NCBI RefSeq assembly: GCF_000175255.2
Contig: NC_017262.1
Location: 1,740,001 to 1,772,000 of the forward strand
DNA length: 32,000 nt
Source: Zymomonas mobilis subsp. mobilis ATCC 10988
Lineage (GTDB): Bacteria; Pseudomonadota; Alphaproteobacteria; Sphingomonadales; Sphingomonadaceae
Direction of reading: 5' to 3'
Position 1 is the first letter of the stretch. Every line of letters begins with the position of its first letter. The notes beneath the pieces were generated by a model. The model was not told where the DNA came from. It did no database searches and saw only the letters and a program-made list of their open reading frames with translations. Both the position numbers and the translations under genes were made by a program. Of the stretch, positions 31,247 through 32,000 are shown piece by piece.

Positions 31247-32000
31247 GTGCAGATTTCTTCTCCTCTCCGTCTGGAATTAGACAAATCAGCCCTGATGGCA
31301 AACTGGCAAAGTTTGAACCGGATAACGGCTGGTCATTGTGGTGCCGCGATCAAGGCCAATGGCTATGGTTTAGGGGCTGAACGCGTTCGTCATTATCTGG
31401 CACAGGCCGGATGTCGCGATTTTTTTGTTTCCAGTTGGGATGAAGCTCGCTTACTCGATAGCTCGGAAAAAGATTTCTCCCTTTCTGTTCTCCATGGCCT
31501 AAGGGAAGATGACCTCGGCTATGCTCTGAATTCTTCGGTCAAGCCGGTTTTATGTAGTCCAGCGATGATTGCCCGCTGGAAAGCTCACGCGCCGAACCGT
31601 CCCTGCGATGTCATGGTCGATACTGGAATGAATCGGCTGGGTCTTTCGATGGAAGAGGCGGGTTCAGGCCTGCTGGATGGTCTTTCTATCGACAATATTT
31701 TGAGCCATCTGGCCTGTGCAGACGAGGCAGATCACCCGCTTAATCAAAAGCAGCTTGAACGCTTTCGGATTTTAGCCGCCAGAAAACAGGCAAAACGCTA
31801 TAGTTTGGCTAATTCTGCCGGTATTTTTCTCAGCAAAGACTATCATTTTGATCTGGCGCGTCCGGGCTTGGCGCTTTACGGCGGCCTGCCTGTTCCGCAA
31901 TCCAAAGATATTCTGAAACCCGTCGTTGCTATTGCCGCCCAAGCCATTCAGGTAAGAGAAGTCAGCGCCGGTGAGGCGATTGGCTATGGTGCTTGTTTTG
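31247..32000 (+). CDS. alr: Alanine racemase, 3' end beyond window edge
   Basis: Frame from GTG at 31247: MQISSPLRLELDKSALMANWQSLNRITAGHCGAAIKANGYGLGAERVRHYLAQAGCRDFFVSSWDEA...MVDTGMNRLGLS...YSLANSAGIFLSKDYHFDLARPGLALYGG. Contains the PLP-lysine region and the NSAG...RPGxxLYG motif. Confidence 0.93.
   Translation, partial: MQISSPLRLELDKSALMANWQSLNRITAGHCGAAIKANGYGLGAERVRHYLAQAGCRDFFVSSWDEARLLDSSEKDFSLSVLHGLREDDLGYALNSSVKPVLCSPAMIARWKAHAPNRPCDVMVDTGMNRLGLSMEEAGSGLLDGLSIDNILSHLACADEADHPLNQKQLERFRILAARKQAKRYSLANSAGIFLSKDYHFDLARPGLALYGGLPVPQSKDILKPVVAIAAQAIQVREVSAGEAIGYGACF

Overview
The window is almost certainly Zymomonas mobilis chromosome. The basis is recognition of the AdhB/ADH II protein sequence plus the Pdh E1-beta with an N-terminal lipoyl domain; no database search was run. 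It is dense and mostly housekeeping. Gene order: dnaG (-, partial), GatB/YqeY-domain gene (-), carA-carB (+), greA and a rhomboid protease gene (+), a 7-bp tandem repeat, an MlaC/Ttg2D-like gene (-), a three-gene membrane/envelope cluster (-), eno, an FtsB-like gene, pdhA-pdhB and an NPP/alkaline-phosphatase-superfamily gene (+). These are followed by a TIGR01244/DUF442-like gene, a Tat-exported alpha/beta hydrolase gene, thrB-rnhA, dxs-hpnN and adhB (all -), then an M61 peptidase gene (+) and alr (+, partial). No CRISPR array, rRNA, tRNA, prophage, IS element or defence system was recognised, and I see no clear novel multi-gene system. The best follow-ups are non-coding: (1) a GC-rich hairpin at 28831-28878 in an AT-rich intergenic desert, whose minus-strand loop reads CCUCCUCCUC (anti-Shine-Dalgarno-like); (2) a pair of related palindromes forming a 17-bp inverted repeat (16/17 match) upstream of the mlaC-like gene; (3) a 19.6-copy ACAAGCC heptamer array; (4) a 36-codon transmembrane small ORF with a strong Shine-Dalgarno; (5) inverted repeats that would occlude the ribosome-binding sites of pdhA and the NPP-family gene.
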